Shown piece after piece: positions 1-13,100 of a stretch of 64,000 nt of DNA. Source of the DNA: Prasinococcaceae sp. CCMP 1430 (Eukaryota; Plantae; Prasinodermophyta). Numbering within the stretch: the first letter of the stretch is position 1; each line of letters begins with the position of its first letter. Under the pieces are notes generated by a model. The model saw only the letters and a program-made list of their open reading frames with translations, ran no database searches and had not been told where the DNA came from. Position numbers and translations under genes: made by a program. The stretch is taken from positions 186,001 to 250,000 of the forward strand of contig RQSC01000027.1 in the NCBI GenBank assembly GCA_013416795.1, in the 5' to 3' direction.

Positions 1-400
1 GCGGCGCGTAGCGCAATCTCGCGCGGCGAGGCGCGCCGCAAGGCTCATCTCCTCGCACCGGACGCCGCGCTTCGCATACCCCTCCCTCGCCTCGGCAGGC
101 GGCGCCATCGAGCGCCCGCTGGAGCAGGGACGGACCGCGCCTCCGCCCCGATCGGCGGCGGCGGCAGCGGAAGAGCCCCCCCCAGGGTGCTGGGCGCAGC
201 GGCCGAGCGGCCGGCGGCGGTGCGCCTCGCTCGGGGCCGCGGAGGACAGCCGGTNNNNNNNNNNNNNNNNNNNNNNNNNNNNNNNNNNNNNNNNNNNNNN
301 NNNNNNNNNNNNNNNNNNNNNNNNNNNNNNNNNNNNNNNNNNNNNNNNNNNNNNNNNNNNNNNNNNNNNNNNNNNNNNNNNNNNNNNNNNNNNNNNNNNN

Positions 401-1914
401 GCCCCGCGGCGACGCTGCCTGCGGCGACGGCGCGCTGCGGGGCGCTCGCGGCGCTGCGCTCGGCGGAGCGAGGTGGCGCGGCGACGGGACTCATGGTGAC
501 GGCGAGTCACAATCCGGTGGGCGACAACGGCGTGAAACTGGCCGACCCAGGTGGCGAGATGCTCGCGCAGGCCTGGGAGCCGCTTGCCACGGAGCTCGCC
601 GGAGCGGCGGACGCCGGCGCTGTCGAGGCGTCGCTGCGTTCGGTTCCCACGTGCGCCGCCACAGTGGCCGACAACGGCGGGCTGGTGCTTGTCGGTCGCG
701 ACACGCGGCCCAGCGGCGAGGCGCTGGTGGCGGGTGCTCTCAAGGGCATCGCCGCCGTCGGCGGCACGGCTCGGGATTGCGGGGTGGTGACCACGCCGCA
801 GCTACACTGGTTCGTGCGCGAGCACAACGCCGGACGCGGGGCGACAGAGGCCGCGTACTACGAGGCCCTCGCCGGCGCATTTAAGGCGATCGCTCCCGCT
901 GCCTCGGCTGGTGTACCGCCGCTCCTGGTGGATGCTGCCAACGGCGTTGGATCCGTGGCGCTCGACGGGCTGGGCGTGCGGCTCGGCGGCGCGCTTGCCT
1001 TCGAGGCGCGCAACACAGGCTGCGGCGTCCTGAACGAGCGCTGCGGCGCCGACTTCGTGCAGAAGGAGCGCTCGTGGCCAGAGTCGTTCTGCGCCGCGGA
1101 GGACGCCGGCAGGGCGATCGCGTCTGTGGATGGCGACGCCGACCGACTCGTGTACATATGGGCACCAGCTGGCGGAAACGTCCGGCTACTTGACGGCGAC
1201 AAGATCGCCGCGCTTGCCGCGCGGCACCTGGGGGCACTTATCAACGACGCACTGGGCTCGGGCGCGGCGCGTGTGGGCGTCGTCCAGACGGCGTACGCCA
1301 ACGGCGCCTCGACCGACTATATTAGAAATAAGCTGGGCGTTGATGTTGCCGTGGCCAAGACGGGCGTCAAACACCTGCACCCAGCCGCCGAGCGCTTCGA
1401 CGTGGGAATCTACTTCGAGGCCAATGGCCACGGCACGGTGCTGTTCAGCGACGCAGTGGTCACCGCAGCGCAGGCCAGGTTGGCCGATCCAACGACCGCC
1501 GCCGTCTCGGCGTCGGCCTGCAAGCGTCTGCTCGCATTCGTGCAGATGATCAACCAGGCGGTGGGCGATGCAATGTCAGGCATTCTAATGGTCGAGGCCA
1601 TGCTGCGACTCGAGGGCATGAGCATGGCCGACTGGGACGCGCTGTACGCGGATTTGCCCAGCAGGCAGGTCAAGGTAGTGGTGGCCAACAAGGACGACGT
1701 GCGCACGGAAAACGCGGAGACGCTGTGCGTTGCACCCGCGGCGCTGCAGCCCCTCGTGGACGCAGCGGTGGCCAAGGTGGACGCGGGGCGCAGCTTTGTG
1801 CGGCCATCGGGCACAGAGGACATTGTCCGCGTATACGCCGAGGCGCGCACGCAGGAGCAGGCCGACGCGCTGGCAGAGGAAGTCGCGCAAGCGGTCAAGG
1901 CCACGTGCGCGTGA
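401..1914 (+). CDS. PGM3: Phosphoacetylglucosamine mutase (AGM1/PGM3); true start probably inside N gap 255-400
   Basis: Catalytic TASHNP loop (GLMVTASHNPVGDNGVKL), metal-binding DGDADRL, sugar-binding FEANGHGT and phosphate-binding RSFVRPSGTE motifs; TGA stop at 1912-1914. Confidence 0.95.
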
Positions 1915-2001
1915 GCGTATTAGATATGCTTACATGTCCCGCGGAGGTAGCGACTACTATACGATGGTGTACACACATTGCCCGGGCGCTCGCAGCGGCC
2001 C

Positions 2002-3287
2002 TCAGCGCCAGCGGTCGGGGTCGACGCGGCGCCGGGGGAAGCGCCCTTCTTCGCCCGCGTCGCCGAGCTCACGGAAGAGCGCCCCTGCCGAGCCCGCGCG
2101 CTGTGCGTCGGCGATCTCCTCCATGTCGTCGCGCGTCAGGTGCGCCGCTACGGTTGACGCTCGTGCTGCGGCGTCGTCCAGCCTGGCCACCCCCCCGAAC
2201 CTCACCGTGCTCTCGCTCTCCGCGCCGCCCTCTGAGGCGCGCGGCGTGTGGTGCACGTATGGCGTCGCGACGGCGGCCACGCCAGGTTGGCGCAGCACCC
2301 ACGCGACGGCGACGTCCTCGATGCGCGCCTCGTGCCTCTGCGCGACGCGCTTGAGCGCGCCGAGGAGCGTCTGCAGCGCGTCCCACTCGCCGCCACCCCA
2401 CAGCTCGGCCACGCTCGCGTAGTGCGCCACCGCTGGCGGCAGCTTCTTTCGCTGGTCGTGCGACGGCTGCGGCATCCCAAACGCACGCTCGGAGAGGAGG
2501 CCACCCATGGTCGCGCCGCGGGCGATGAGTGGCACACCGCGCTCAGCGCAGAGCGGTGCGAGCGCGTCGCTCGCACGCGAATCCAGGGCAGAAAATGGCG
2601 CAAACGCCGCAGCAAGCGGCAGGCCGCGGGCGCCCGTGGCCACCTCGAGCGCGAGCGCGCCGCCGCCGCCGGCGACGCCCACGCCTCGCGCGGCGCCACT
2701 CGCTGCACCCTTGCCCTGGCACTCCTCGACGAGGCACTCCAGTGCGTCGCACAGGTGATCGTTGTGCAAGTGGCGCCAGTCCAGCAGCGCCGCGGCTAGC
2801 GGCTCACCGTCTTCGCACTGCGCGGCGACGCGGGCCTCCAGCAACCGCTCTCGCGCCGACCAGACGGGCGCCGCCGCGGTGTCAGGCGTCCAGCTGATGG
2901 CCACCTGGGGCATCAGCAGTGCTGGGTCATGTCGCGCCGCCGCGCCCGCGTACTCGGCCCCTTCGAAGGGCGCTTCACTCTCCCTCAACAGACGCTCGCG
3001 GCAGCGACCGGCGACGTGCTCCGCGCGCGGCGAGCCTGTGCAGTCGAGAGCGCCGAGGCCGGCGCGCGCGGCACCCAACAGAGCGCTGTCCAGGGCGGCG
3101 TCATGGGGGTGGCCCCAGAGCGTTGGAGCGCCCCGCGCGGGCAGGCCGAGCACGATCCCACGCTCGGCCGCCCCGGCGAACACCGGCAGGGCTAGAGGCT
3201 CTGCACCCTGCTCGGCACGCTCGCCTTCGCCGCCCGGCCCGGCCGCCCGTCGCTCGGCAGCGACCGCGCAGCAGCGCGCGGCCGCGC
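2002..3287 (-). CDS. Aldo/keto reductase-like (NADP-dependent oxidoreductase fold) protein; 5' end runs into gap 3288-3593
   Basis: C-terminal AKR-like segments (LCAERGVPLIARGATMGGLLSE; LKRVAQRHEARIEDVAVAWVLRQPGV; HLTRDDMEEI); minus-strand TGTAA at 1930-1934 downstream of the stop. Confidence 0.6.
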
Positions 3288-3669
3288 NNNNNNNNNNNNN
3301 NNNNNNNNNNNNNNNNNNNNNNNNNNNNNNNNNNNNNNNNNNNNNNNNNNNNNNNNNNNNNNNNNNNNNNNNNNNNNNNNNNNNNNNNNNNNNNNNNNNN
3401 NNNNNNNNNNNNNNNNNNNNNNNNNNNNNNNNNNNNNNNNNNNNNNNNNNNNNNNNNNNNNNNNNNNNNNNNNNNNNNNNNNNNNNNNNNNNNNNNNNNN
3501 NNNNNNNNNNNNNNNNNNNNNNNNNNNNNNNNNNNNNNNNNNNNNNNNNNNNNNNNNNNNNNNNNNNNNNNNNNNNNNNNNNNNNNNNNNNNNACGCCGA
3601 GGGCGGCGAGGCGGCGCGCGGCCGCGGCTGTGGCGGCGGGTGCGCGTCCAGCGGCAGGCAGCGTGCGAC

Positions 3670-5609
3670 ATGAGCTGTGACGGCGTGCCCTCGACGGTGC
3701 CGGCGGGTGCCGGCGTGCGCACGTACGATGAGGAGATGGCGTACCTCGAGCGCCTCGACCCCAATCGCTGGCGCATCAAGGTCGGTCGCACGCGCAGCAC
3801 AGCGGCGCAGTGCGGCGCGGCTCGGGCCTAGGCTGCCCGTCCGTGCGGGGTGTGCACGCGCCCGCCTCGCGTCCGCATCTCGCGTGCTCGATCGCTGACT
3901 CGCTCTCTCATTCTCTCTCTTGTGCTCTCTCACACATACGTGCGCGTCCAGGCTGGGTTTGTCCCGGAGATGAAAGTCGACGGCATGTTCTACGTGAACG
4001 AGAAACTGCAGGGCCTGGCGCTTGGTGAGCTCGAGGTGGCATGTGAGCGTGCCAAGGCGAGCGGCGGCGGTGGTGGCTTCCTGCCAGCGGTGAAGCAGAT
4101 TGCCAATGTGGCCGCGCTACCTGGCGTAGTTGGCCACTCGGTGGGGCTGCCTGATGTGCACTCGGGCTACGGCTTTGCCATTGGCAACGTTGCCGCATTC
4201 GACATGGATGATCCTGACGCGATCGTGTCGCCCGGCGGAGTCGGCTTCGACATCAACTGCGGCGTGCGCCTCATCCGCACCAACCTTAGCGAAGAGGACG
4301 TCGCGCCCATTAAGGAGCAGCTGACGCAGTCGCTCTTCGACCACATCCCGGTGGGTGTGGGTTCGCAAGGTATCATCCCCACCACAGCAGGGGACCTCAA
4401 CGAGGCGCTCGAGATGGGCATGGACTGGTCGCTTCGTGAGGGCTACGCGTGGGCGGAGGACAAAGAGCACTGGTGCGCGCGCGCACGCGCGGGCCAGTGG
4501 TCGGCGACCTCACTTGCAGGAGAGTGCAAAGGCGCTCCTCCCAACCCGCTCTGCCGCGCGCGCGTGCGTTATCTCGTTCGCTGCACGCGACTGACCGCGA
4601 CCGCCGCCTCTGCACACGCACGCGCGTCCGCCCGGCCTCGCCCACATCTTCGCTCACGCTCGCTCGCAGCGAGGAGTACGGTCGCATGCTCACCGCCGAC
4701 CCCAACAAGGTGTCCACGCGCGCGAAGAAGCGCGGGCTGCCGCAGATGGGCACGCTCGGCGCCGGAAATCACTACGCAGAGGTGCAAGTGGTCGACGAAA
4801 TCTACGACGAGCGCGCCGCGGGCAAGATGGGCATCGACCGCGTCGGACAGGTGGTGGTCATGCTGCACTCAGGTTCGCGTGGGCTGGGCCACCAGGTGGC
4901 CACCGACGCGCTGACGGCGATGGAGCGTGCGATGAAGCGCGATGGCATCTCGGTGAATGATCGCCAGCTGGCGTGCGCGCGCATCGGCTCGCAGGAAGGC
5001 CAAGACTACCTGGCGTCGATGGCCGCCGCGGCAAACTACGCGTGGGTCAACCGCTCGTCGATGACCTTCCTGGTGCGTCAGGCGTTTGCAAAGGCGTTCA
5101 AGAAGACACCCGATGACCTCGACATGCACGTCATCTATGACGTGTCGCACAACATCGCCAAAATGGAGGAGCACGTCGTGAACGGCGAGCGCAAGAGGCT
5201 GCTCGTGCATCGCAAGGGTTCCACGCGGGCCTTCCCGCCGCACCACCCGCTCATTCCCGTCGACTACCAGCTGACCGGCCAGCCGGTACTCATTGGCGGG
5301 ACCATGGGCACGTGCTCGTACGTGCTCACGGGCACCGAGAAGGGCATGCGCGAGACGTTCGGCTCGACGTGCCACGGGGCGGGACGCGCACAGAGCCGCA
5401 ACAAGTCAAGGCACAATCTCGACTACACACAGGTGCTCGACGCTCTTAAGGCCAAGGGCATCAGCATCCGCGTCGCGTCACCAAAGCTGGTGATGGAGGA
5501 AGCCCCAGAGAGCTACAAGGACGTAACGGCGGTAATCGACACCTGCCATGACGCCGGCATTTCGAAAAAATGCGTCAGACTGAGGCCCATCGCTGTCGTT
5601 AAGGGATAA
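3670..5609 (+). CDS. RTCB: RNA-splicing ligase RtcB (3 exons: 3670-3780, 3952-4472, 4670-5609)
   Basis: GT-AG introns 3781-3951 and 4473-4669 restore a continuous protein closely matching animal RTCB: [36 protein letters not shown]|[46 protein letters not shown]. Confidence 0.97.
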
Positions 5610-5724
5610 GAGCACGACCAGAATCCTGAGCGCGCCGCTCGCGCGATCTCTGGGCCGCGGGGGCACGGGGTGACACTTAATATCACGACCTGGGATGCAC
5701 AAGCACAAACGATTCGTTACGCGA

Positions 5725-6909
5725 TCACTTTGCGCCGGGCGCCGCGCCGTCAGTCTCGGCCTCCTCCTCGGGATCGACGGGCGAGTCTGCGTCGAGCTCG
5801 GCCTGCGATTCCCAGCGTGCTGAGACCTTGCAGAATTCACAGTTGACCTCCAGATACCCCACGTCCTCGAAGATCTCATCCACCTCTTGCGGGGGCAGCG
5901 TTGCCACCGCCCTTCGCATCCTGCGCTTGATGTCGTCCTCGCAGCACGGGCCATAGCGCGGCTCGAAGGACTGCGCGTAGCCCTCCTCGGGCTGCAGGCC
6001 CTCAAGCAGCATGAGCGCCACCTGATCGGGTCGAATGCCGCGCGCGGCGATCTGGCTGGGCGGTGGCATAGCCGCCAGATTGGCTTCGAGCTGCGTAAGC
6101 GTCTCCTCTGAGGCGAACGGCAGCACCTGCACCATGTAGCCCTGTGCGCCCAGTACCTCGCCGTCCCCCTTGACCTGAACACCCAGGCCGAGTGCCCCAT
6201 TCTGCTGCTCACTGTCCGACATGTAATGCGTAAGGTCCGTCGCGATACCGCCGTCGCGGATCTGCACGATGCCCGTAAAGGGCTCTTTCCAGCTGGGGTG
6301 CGATCGCACGACGGCGACCGTGCCGGGGCCCACGGCCTCCTCGACGTTCAACTGGCCGTCTGCTCGCGGCGGCAGGTCGATGTGCGGGTTCGTCACCAGC
6401 CCGCGCACCTGGCAGTCGTGCGTGGCGATGGCCTTGATGGTGCCCAGGGGGCCGCGCCCCGTGAAGGTTACCTGCGTCTGCTCGTCGGGGCCCTTGAACG
6501 CGCCGAGCAGCAGCGTGCCGAGCAATGTGCGGCCTAGCGCAACGCCCGCCGTTGCGCTCGTGCCGTGGCGCGCCCGCATCTCGCGCACCAGCTCGCTCCC
6601 CTCCACGCAGAGCACGGTCACCTCGCCATTGCCGCTGATCTGTCGCCAGAGCTCGTCGCCCGACTCACGCGGCGTCGGTGCACCGGGCGTCGCGTCCACC
6701 GCGTCGGACTGCCCTGCGGCGGCTGCCGCCGCCCCGCGCGCTCGCCGCAGCGGTGCGAGGCCGGGCGCGGCGCTCGCAGTGTGGCGCGCAGAGGCTCCCT
6801 CCCCGCTGGCGCCACGCGCGGCCACGCACGCAGCAGCCGCCGCCGCCACAGCAGGGCCTCCCCAGTCGGCGGACTTCCGAATGCTGTGGAGAGCTTTCGC
6901 TTTGACCAT
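5725..6909 (-). CDS. HSP33: Hsp33-family redox-regulated chaperone with N-terminal transit-peptide-like extension
   Basis: HslO-like core (ALGRTLLGTLLL, GPLGTIKAIA, IATDLTHYMSDSEQ, GYMVQVLP) and C-terminal GPCC..x33..CEFC; ATG at 6909 precedes an Ala/Arg-rich leader. Confidence 0.9.
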   Translation of the reverse strand: MVKAKALHSIRKSADWGGPAVAAAAAACVAARGASGEGASARHTASAAPGLAPLRRARGAAAAAAGQSDAVDATPGAPTPRESGDELWRQISGNGEVTVLCVEGSELVREMRARHGTSATAGVALGRTLLGTLLLGAFKGPDEQTQVTFTGRGPLGTIKAIATHDCQVRGLVTNPHIDLPPRADGQLNVEEAVGPGTVAVVRSHPSWKEPFTGIVQIRDGGIATDLTHYMSDSEQQNGALGLGVQVKGDGEVLGAQGYMVQVLPFASEETLTQLEANLAAMPPPSQIAARGIRPDQVALMLLEGLQPEEGYAQSFEPRYGPCCEDDIKRRMRRAVATLPPQEVDEIFEDVGYLEVNCEFCKVSARWESQAELDADSPVDPEEEAETDGAAPGAK

Positions 6910-6972
6910 AAAAAGCGCTCGGCGCGCCAGAAACTCGCCACTTTCCGCAAAAATTCTGCCGTTCCCGCTCCT

Positions 6973-6980
6973 AAACCCTA
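6973..6980 (+). promoter_or_regulatory. Telo-box-like AAACCCTA, about 65 nt upstream of the HSP33 ATG
   Basis: Exact AAACCCTA within CTAAACCCTA. Confidence 0.45.
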
Positions 6981-7192
6981 CCACTTCGCGCTGGGTTCCG
7001 CACCGGCGGGGAGCCCACACCCATGAGCTACGCCGCGCGCACGCCGCAGCGGCGCGGATTCCTCCTTTGGTGCTGTGTCTCAATCGTGGCGGTTTATGTG
7101 ACATCTCGACGGCCCCCCTTCCCACCCTCCTTGCGCCGCAAGCAGACGTCCTGGAAAGACCCCGCTGTCGTGCCGCGCGGGCCCGGAACGGC

Positions 7193-10100
7193 CTATCGGA
7201 GGAAGGACTTGATGTCCTCGCCCGAGATAGATGAGAGCTCGGCGATGAAGTCCTGCGTCATGGCCTCGACGGTGGCGTCCGAGTCCTCGAGCATCTCGGC
7301 GAGGATAGGCACGCTCTCGGCCAGCATGGGCAGGTACTCCTCCTTGGTGGCGTCGAGCAGGGCGCGCGCGCAGCGCAGCGCGACGCGTCGCACTGGCGCC
7401 GTGGCGCCGTCGCGGGCCTGCGTGAGCAAGCCACGGTTGAAGCGCGAGTGCAGCTGCTCGGGCATGCGGCGCACCACAGCGCCGACAGCGCCCACCAGCG
7501 CGTCGGCGGCGCCCGAGGCTTCGCCCTCGACGACCGCGGCGCACGGTCCCACCGACGCGACAAGCGCGTCCAGCACGCGCTCCAGCGTCGCGCCCGTCGC
7601 CACCGCGCCGTCGGTGTCGTGCGTGCAGAGCGCCGACAGCAGGCGCAGCGATAGCACGCGGCACGCCTCCACCGCGCCGGCGCCCGTTGCTTCAACATCC
7701 GCGCCGGCGGCCGCCTCGGAGCCGCCACGGCGCTTCTTAAACACCGGCATGGCGTCGCCGTCGCTCGCGCTGGCCTCCGCCATGCGGAGTACGTGCGGCA
7801 GCAGACGACTCTGGAACGGCAGGAAGACGCCACGCAGCGCCTCGGCGATGTCCAGCGAGAGCCCAAGGAGCGCCGCCGTCTCTGCGCACGGCATCAGCGC
7901 GTCGGGCGCCGCGTCGTCGTCCGCAGTCGCTCCAGCGGCGGCGCGAACGGACTCGGAGCGGCTCGCTTCGGCAGCCGCGCGCATTGCGCTGTGGAAGAGC
8001 GGCCTGAACACGTTCTCGCTCGTGCGTAGCACGAGTGCCACGGCCGTGGCACGTGCAGCCTCAGCGGCCTCAGCGGCACTGACAGCCCCTCCGAGCTCGC
8101 CCGCGGCCGCGCGCACGCAGAGCGTGCGCATCGCGCCGAAGACATCCGCTGCGTACTCGCCCACGTCGCGCTGCGGCAACGACTTGACAAAGCCCGCGGC
8201 AAGGCCAGCCGCGGCAACGGCCGCTCGCGATCCGTCGGCAGCCGCGCAGGCCCCAGCGAGTGGGTCAGCCAGCACGCGCGCAGGCACGCGTACGGGCAGC
8301 GCTGCGAGCGCCGCCGAGGCGCGCGAAGCGGCCTGTGCGACGCCTGCTCCAACGCCCTCCATGCCAACGGCCTCCGACACAACGGGATGGAGCAGGAGCC
8401 TGAGCACTGACGGCATGTAGGGCGACAGCATGCCACCGGCCGAGTCAACGAGCGACCCCAGCGCAGTGTAGGCGGCCGCCAGGCGCAGCGGCGCCTCGGC
8501 ATCCGCCTCGGCGCCCGAGTTCGAGCTCTTGACGGTGGCCTTGACCGCCGAATCGGCAGCGGCGATGACGCTCTTCGCGAGCACGGGAACGCTTGGTGTG
8601 ACCTCGGAACCAAGTGCTGCCATGAGGCTCGCGGCGGCTGCAAGCGCCGAGGCCACCACCGCGGCCGGCCTGCCCCTCTCGTGTGAAGCTTGGTCCAGTG
8701 CGGGTGCGAGGCAGGCCGACAGCGCCTCGAGCAACTCGGGCTCGAGCTGCTGCGCGCCGGCACCAGCGCGCGCGGCGCGCGCGATGGCGTCGGCGCACAG
8801 CAGCGCGCCCTGCGCCTCAGCGCCGCGCTCAGCCACGAAGAGGCCGCACGCCACGCGCAACAGGCACGCGGCGGCGGCACCGCCCGCTCCCACCAGCGCC
8901 TCAGCGGCGTGCGACGTGTGCGCGGGGCCGTCAAGCAGAGCATCGGCGGTGAGCTCGAGCGCGCAGGCGTGCAGCACCTCCTCCTCGCCCTCGGCGACCG
9001 TCGCAAGCGCCGAAAGGTAGTCGGCGAGTGGCAGCCGGCGTCGGAGGCCAGACACTAATGACTCGAGCGCCTCGCGCGCGTCGGATGCACCCGCGTCCGA
9101 CGCGCAGTCATCAGCGCTGGCGTCAACACGGGCGCCCGCACGTGCCTCTCCGAGCACCACCACACACGTCTGCAGCAGCACGGCGTGCGCCTCGACAGAC
9201 GCCTCGTCCTCCGATCGCAACGGCGCCGCGGAGGGCGCCGCACACACATCGGCCGCGAACAATGCGGCGGCAGCGAGCAACGGGCCATCGGCGGCCTCCT
9301 CCATCAGCTCTGCGCAGATGACAGCGCGATCAGCGGGGCGGAGGCGCGCGCACAACGCAGCGGCCGTCTCTGTGGCATCCCATTGCTCAGCGTCTGCGCT
9401 GTCGCCTGAGGTGCGCTCGAGGAGCGCGAGCATGAGCGACGATGTGGCCGAGTCCGGGAGAGCGCGCGCGACGGTCGTGGCGAGCGGGGTGCGCTGCGGC
9501 GCTGGCGCCGCGTCCAGCGCGCTGATGAAGGAGCGCAGCATGGCCTCCTGAGAGGTGCGCTCGTCACCCTCTGCAAATACCCATGCGAGCACCACCGACT
9601 CGAGTGCCGATTGCATCGCGCGCCACTGCGAGGCGCTTGCGGCGGCCATCGAGCGTTGGCCGGCGAGGGACACCACCTCCAAGACGTGGTCGAGCGCCTG
9701 TGAGAATCATCAAGGCGCAGGTGGAGAGGAGGGGCGGCAGTGACGCAGTCAGCGCACGGGACACAGCGAGGTCAGTGGATGGTACTGGTGGGGAGGGGAT
9801 GCGTGCGCGTGTGATGTGCCCAAGTTCGAATTCCCGCTCCCCACGCTGGTGAGAGGGTTGTACACAAGGGCGACGTTCATCTTCGCCGATTTCCAAAATG
9901 CGAACTGTCACGGGGAGTTGACGGCTCGGTCTGACACATATCGGCGATGGCGCGGCGCCCCTCACGCGCTTTCGCGTGCGCCTTACCTGCTGAGGGTCGA
10001 CCTGGGCGACCACCGCCAGCGCGCCCAGTGCAGCGGCGCGAATAGCGCCATCACTGGTGGTGCGAGCGGCATCCACGATGAGCTCAACGCCCTCCACGGG

Positions 10101-13100
10101 CACCTCCACCACCTCGCCTGTCTCACCCGCACGGCTCACGATGCCGTCAATGGCCTGCAGCGCAAGCAGCTGCGCGTACTGCGCGCTTGCCGCCGAAGAA
10201 GCGCTAGCGCCGGCGGCCTCTTCGCCTTCGCCCTCGGCGCCGCTCGGCGCTGCCGACGCGCATGCCGCTGCCGTCGTGCGCAGCAGACGCAGCAAGGGCG
10301 CCAGAAGCGCGGCGCGGGCGAGCGCGGGGCGACTCTGCACGAGCTGCAGCACAGCGACCACGTCGTCGAGCGAGCGGGTCATGGCCTTCGGTGCCTTGGC
10401 GCTCGCGTCCTCGGCGATGGTGACCGATGCCTTGCTCTTTCGGCCACGGGACCTCTTCTTGGGCGGCGGCGGCGCTGCCACGGCGGCGGCGGCTTCCGAC
10501 GCCGCGGCTGCCGCGGCGGGTGTGGTGCCTGCACCCGACCACTCAAGCAGCGGCGCGAGAAAGTCGGGCGGAAGCAGCAGCTCTGCGAGCACGTCCTGCG
10601 TTGCTGCCCGTAGCCGCGCATCTGCAGCGCGCTGCGCAAGCGCCAGCAGCGCAAGAAGCACCTCTGTGCGCTCGGCCGTCGACGGCAGCGCGGTGAAGAG
10701 CGCGGGTGTCGTGGCTGCGACGACTGCGTGCGAGCCAGCGCGGAGCGCAGCGAGGAGCGCCTCGAGCGGCTCCGACGCCAACGTCAGTGCGGCTGCTGCA
10801 CGTGGCGTGTATCTTTGAAGGCAGGCCTCTTCAAGGGCGGGGGCCATTGCGGCCCCTGCTGAGGCCGCCCCGTCGGCCACACACCGCGAAAGTAGCGGCC
10901 CCACGAGGCGCACCTGTCGCTCGTGCCAGCCGGCGCCGGCGGTGGCCCCGAGCAGGGCAAGGGCCTCGTCGGCCGGGCAGTCTTGCGCCGCGGCGCGACC
11001 ACACAGTGAGGCAGTGAGCGAGAGCCTCGTCGAGGAGTCGAGCGTCGCACCCACATTGTCGTTTTCCGTAAGAGCGGCACACACGGCCTTAGCGGCCGCC
11101 TGTGCATCCGAAGCGATCTCCTGCGCACAGTCGACCAGGCAAGCACCTACCGCAGCCGCTGCAGATGCGTCCTCGTGCGTCGACAATGAAGATCGCCGCC
11201 TCTCGCTGTTCTTCTTGCCGCCGCCCGTGCCACCCGAGCTCCCTGCCGACATCGCTGCGAGCACGCGCGCGACGCTGAGCGCCGCGGTGCGCACCTCGCG
11301 CTCGGGGCGCGCCACAGCAACCAGCAGCGAGCCGGCTACCTTTGCTGGCGCGCGCTCTGCGGCCGCGCGCAGCTCGGCGCCCATTGTTGCCAGGCGTCTC
11401 GCGGCCGCAGCGGCCGCTGTAGGCTCGTCTCGCGCGGCGGCCGCCTCGAGCATTGCGACCTCGTCGACGCCCTCGGCCTCCCTTGCGCGGGCCACAAGCA
11501 CGTTGACGACGTCGCCGCCGTGGCCTGAGGCGCCCAGTAGACACGCGAGCAGGCGCGAGGAGGGTGCACCGAGCTCGACGCCCATCGCCAGCGCATAGGC
11601 GGCCGCGCGCAGTGCGTACGCAGACACTGCGGATGTGGCCCCCTTGAAGTGCTCAGTGGCCGCTGCAAGCGCCTCAGGCGTGGGCAGGCCGCCGGCGCCG
11701 GCCGCGAACTCGTTCGCGGCATCGGGGAGGTCGCTTAGCGCCGCGAGGCCCGCCCCAGCCGTGCCGCGCTCGTCGGCACCCCACGCGTCCAGCGTGGGCG
11801 CTTCCATTGCTTCGATGAGCGCTCTCCTGTCCGACGCCGTGGAAGCGCTGGCGAGTGCCTCGACGCACGCAAACAGCAGCATAGGCGGTGGTGGCGATGT
11901 CGCGCGCAGTGCGGCGGCCACTGGCGCTACGTTGGCAGTAGGATCCGCCAACATCCACGCCGACACGCAGGAGGCCACACCGAGCGAGATGCGGGCGTCC
12001 TCAAGCGCGCGTGCCTCCGGGGCAGCGGACGTCTTCTTCGCCTTCTTTGTTGGCTTCTCCTCCTCCTTCTTCTTCTTCTTCTTCTTCTTCTTCTTCTTCT
12101 CCTGCTGCGTCTCCGCTTCGCCCTGGGCGTCGTCATCCCGCGCGGGCCACCACTCAAGCGCAGGCGCATCGGCGAGCATACTCACGCGCTGCTTGCTGCC
12201 CTTGGCTGCCTTGACGTAGCACGAGGCCTTGGCAGCGGCCCTGCCGAGCTTGCGCGATCCTGGCAGCACAAGCGCGAGCTCCACCAGAGCAAGCCATGCG
12301 GCGCGCTCGTGCGTGTCCGCGTGCGTGCGAGCGAAGCGTCCGCCGATGAGCTCGACCGCCGCGCGACCGTTGGCGCGCACGTCACTCGCACCGCTCCCAC
12401 GCCCGTGGGGAGCCTCCACGCCCGCGGTGGCCACGCCGCGCAGCGCGGCAAGCAGCGAGCCCGCGGGTACCGCCGCGAGCAGCACAGGACACTCGAGCGC
12501 CGCCTTAACCACCGAAGGTTCTTCGTGGCCCGTCACCCGCCGCAGCATCGCCTCCGCGAGTACAGGCCGCCACGCTCCCTCGCCGAGGCCGCCGTCGCTC
12601 GCCATCGCACCGCTGAGCTGCTCGGTGAGAGCGCGCAGCGCCGCGCGGCGCGCGCGTGGGCGAGACGCGTCAAGTGCAGTGAGGATAGGCATGCCACCTG
12701 CCTCCTCTACGGGCGCGTGCACGCCATCGCAGCGGAAGGTAGATCCTGCCGGCGCCAGTGCGCCCCCATCAGCACCCTGCGCCCCTCCGGCGGGCGCGCC
12801 GCCCCCTCCATTCGAGTCGGTGGTGTCGACCTTCTTGGTGTTTTTCTTGCTGCTGCTCGCCTTCTTCAGGCCAACGCCGACGCGCGCGGTGTCATCAGCA
12901 CGAGCGGCGAGCGCTACTGCGAGCGGCTCGGGGTACAGCTCCTGCATGACCCCGAGCAGGCGCCGCGCCGCACCCGCATTGCCTCCCGACTGGGCGGCCA
13001 CGGCGGAGGCGTCACCTGAGGCATCGGCGGATCCTTGCCCGTCCTCCTCGCCGGCGGCCACGCCGATGAGCACGCGCGCGGCCACGGCGGCAGCCGTTGC

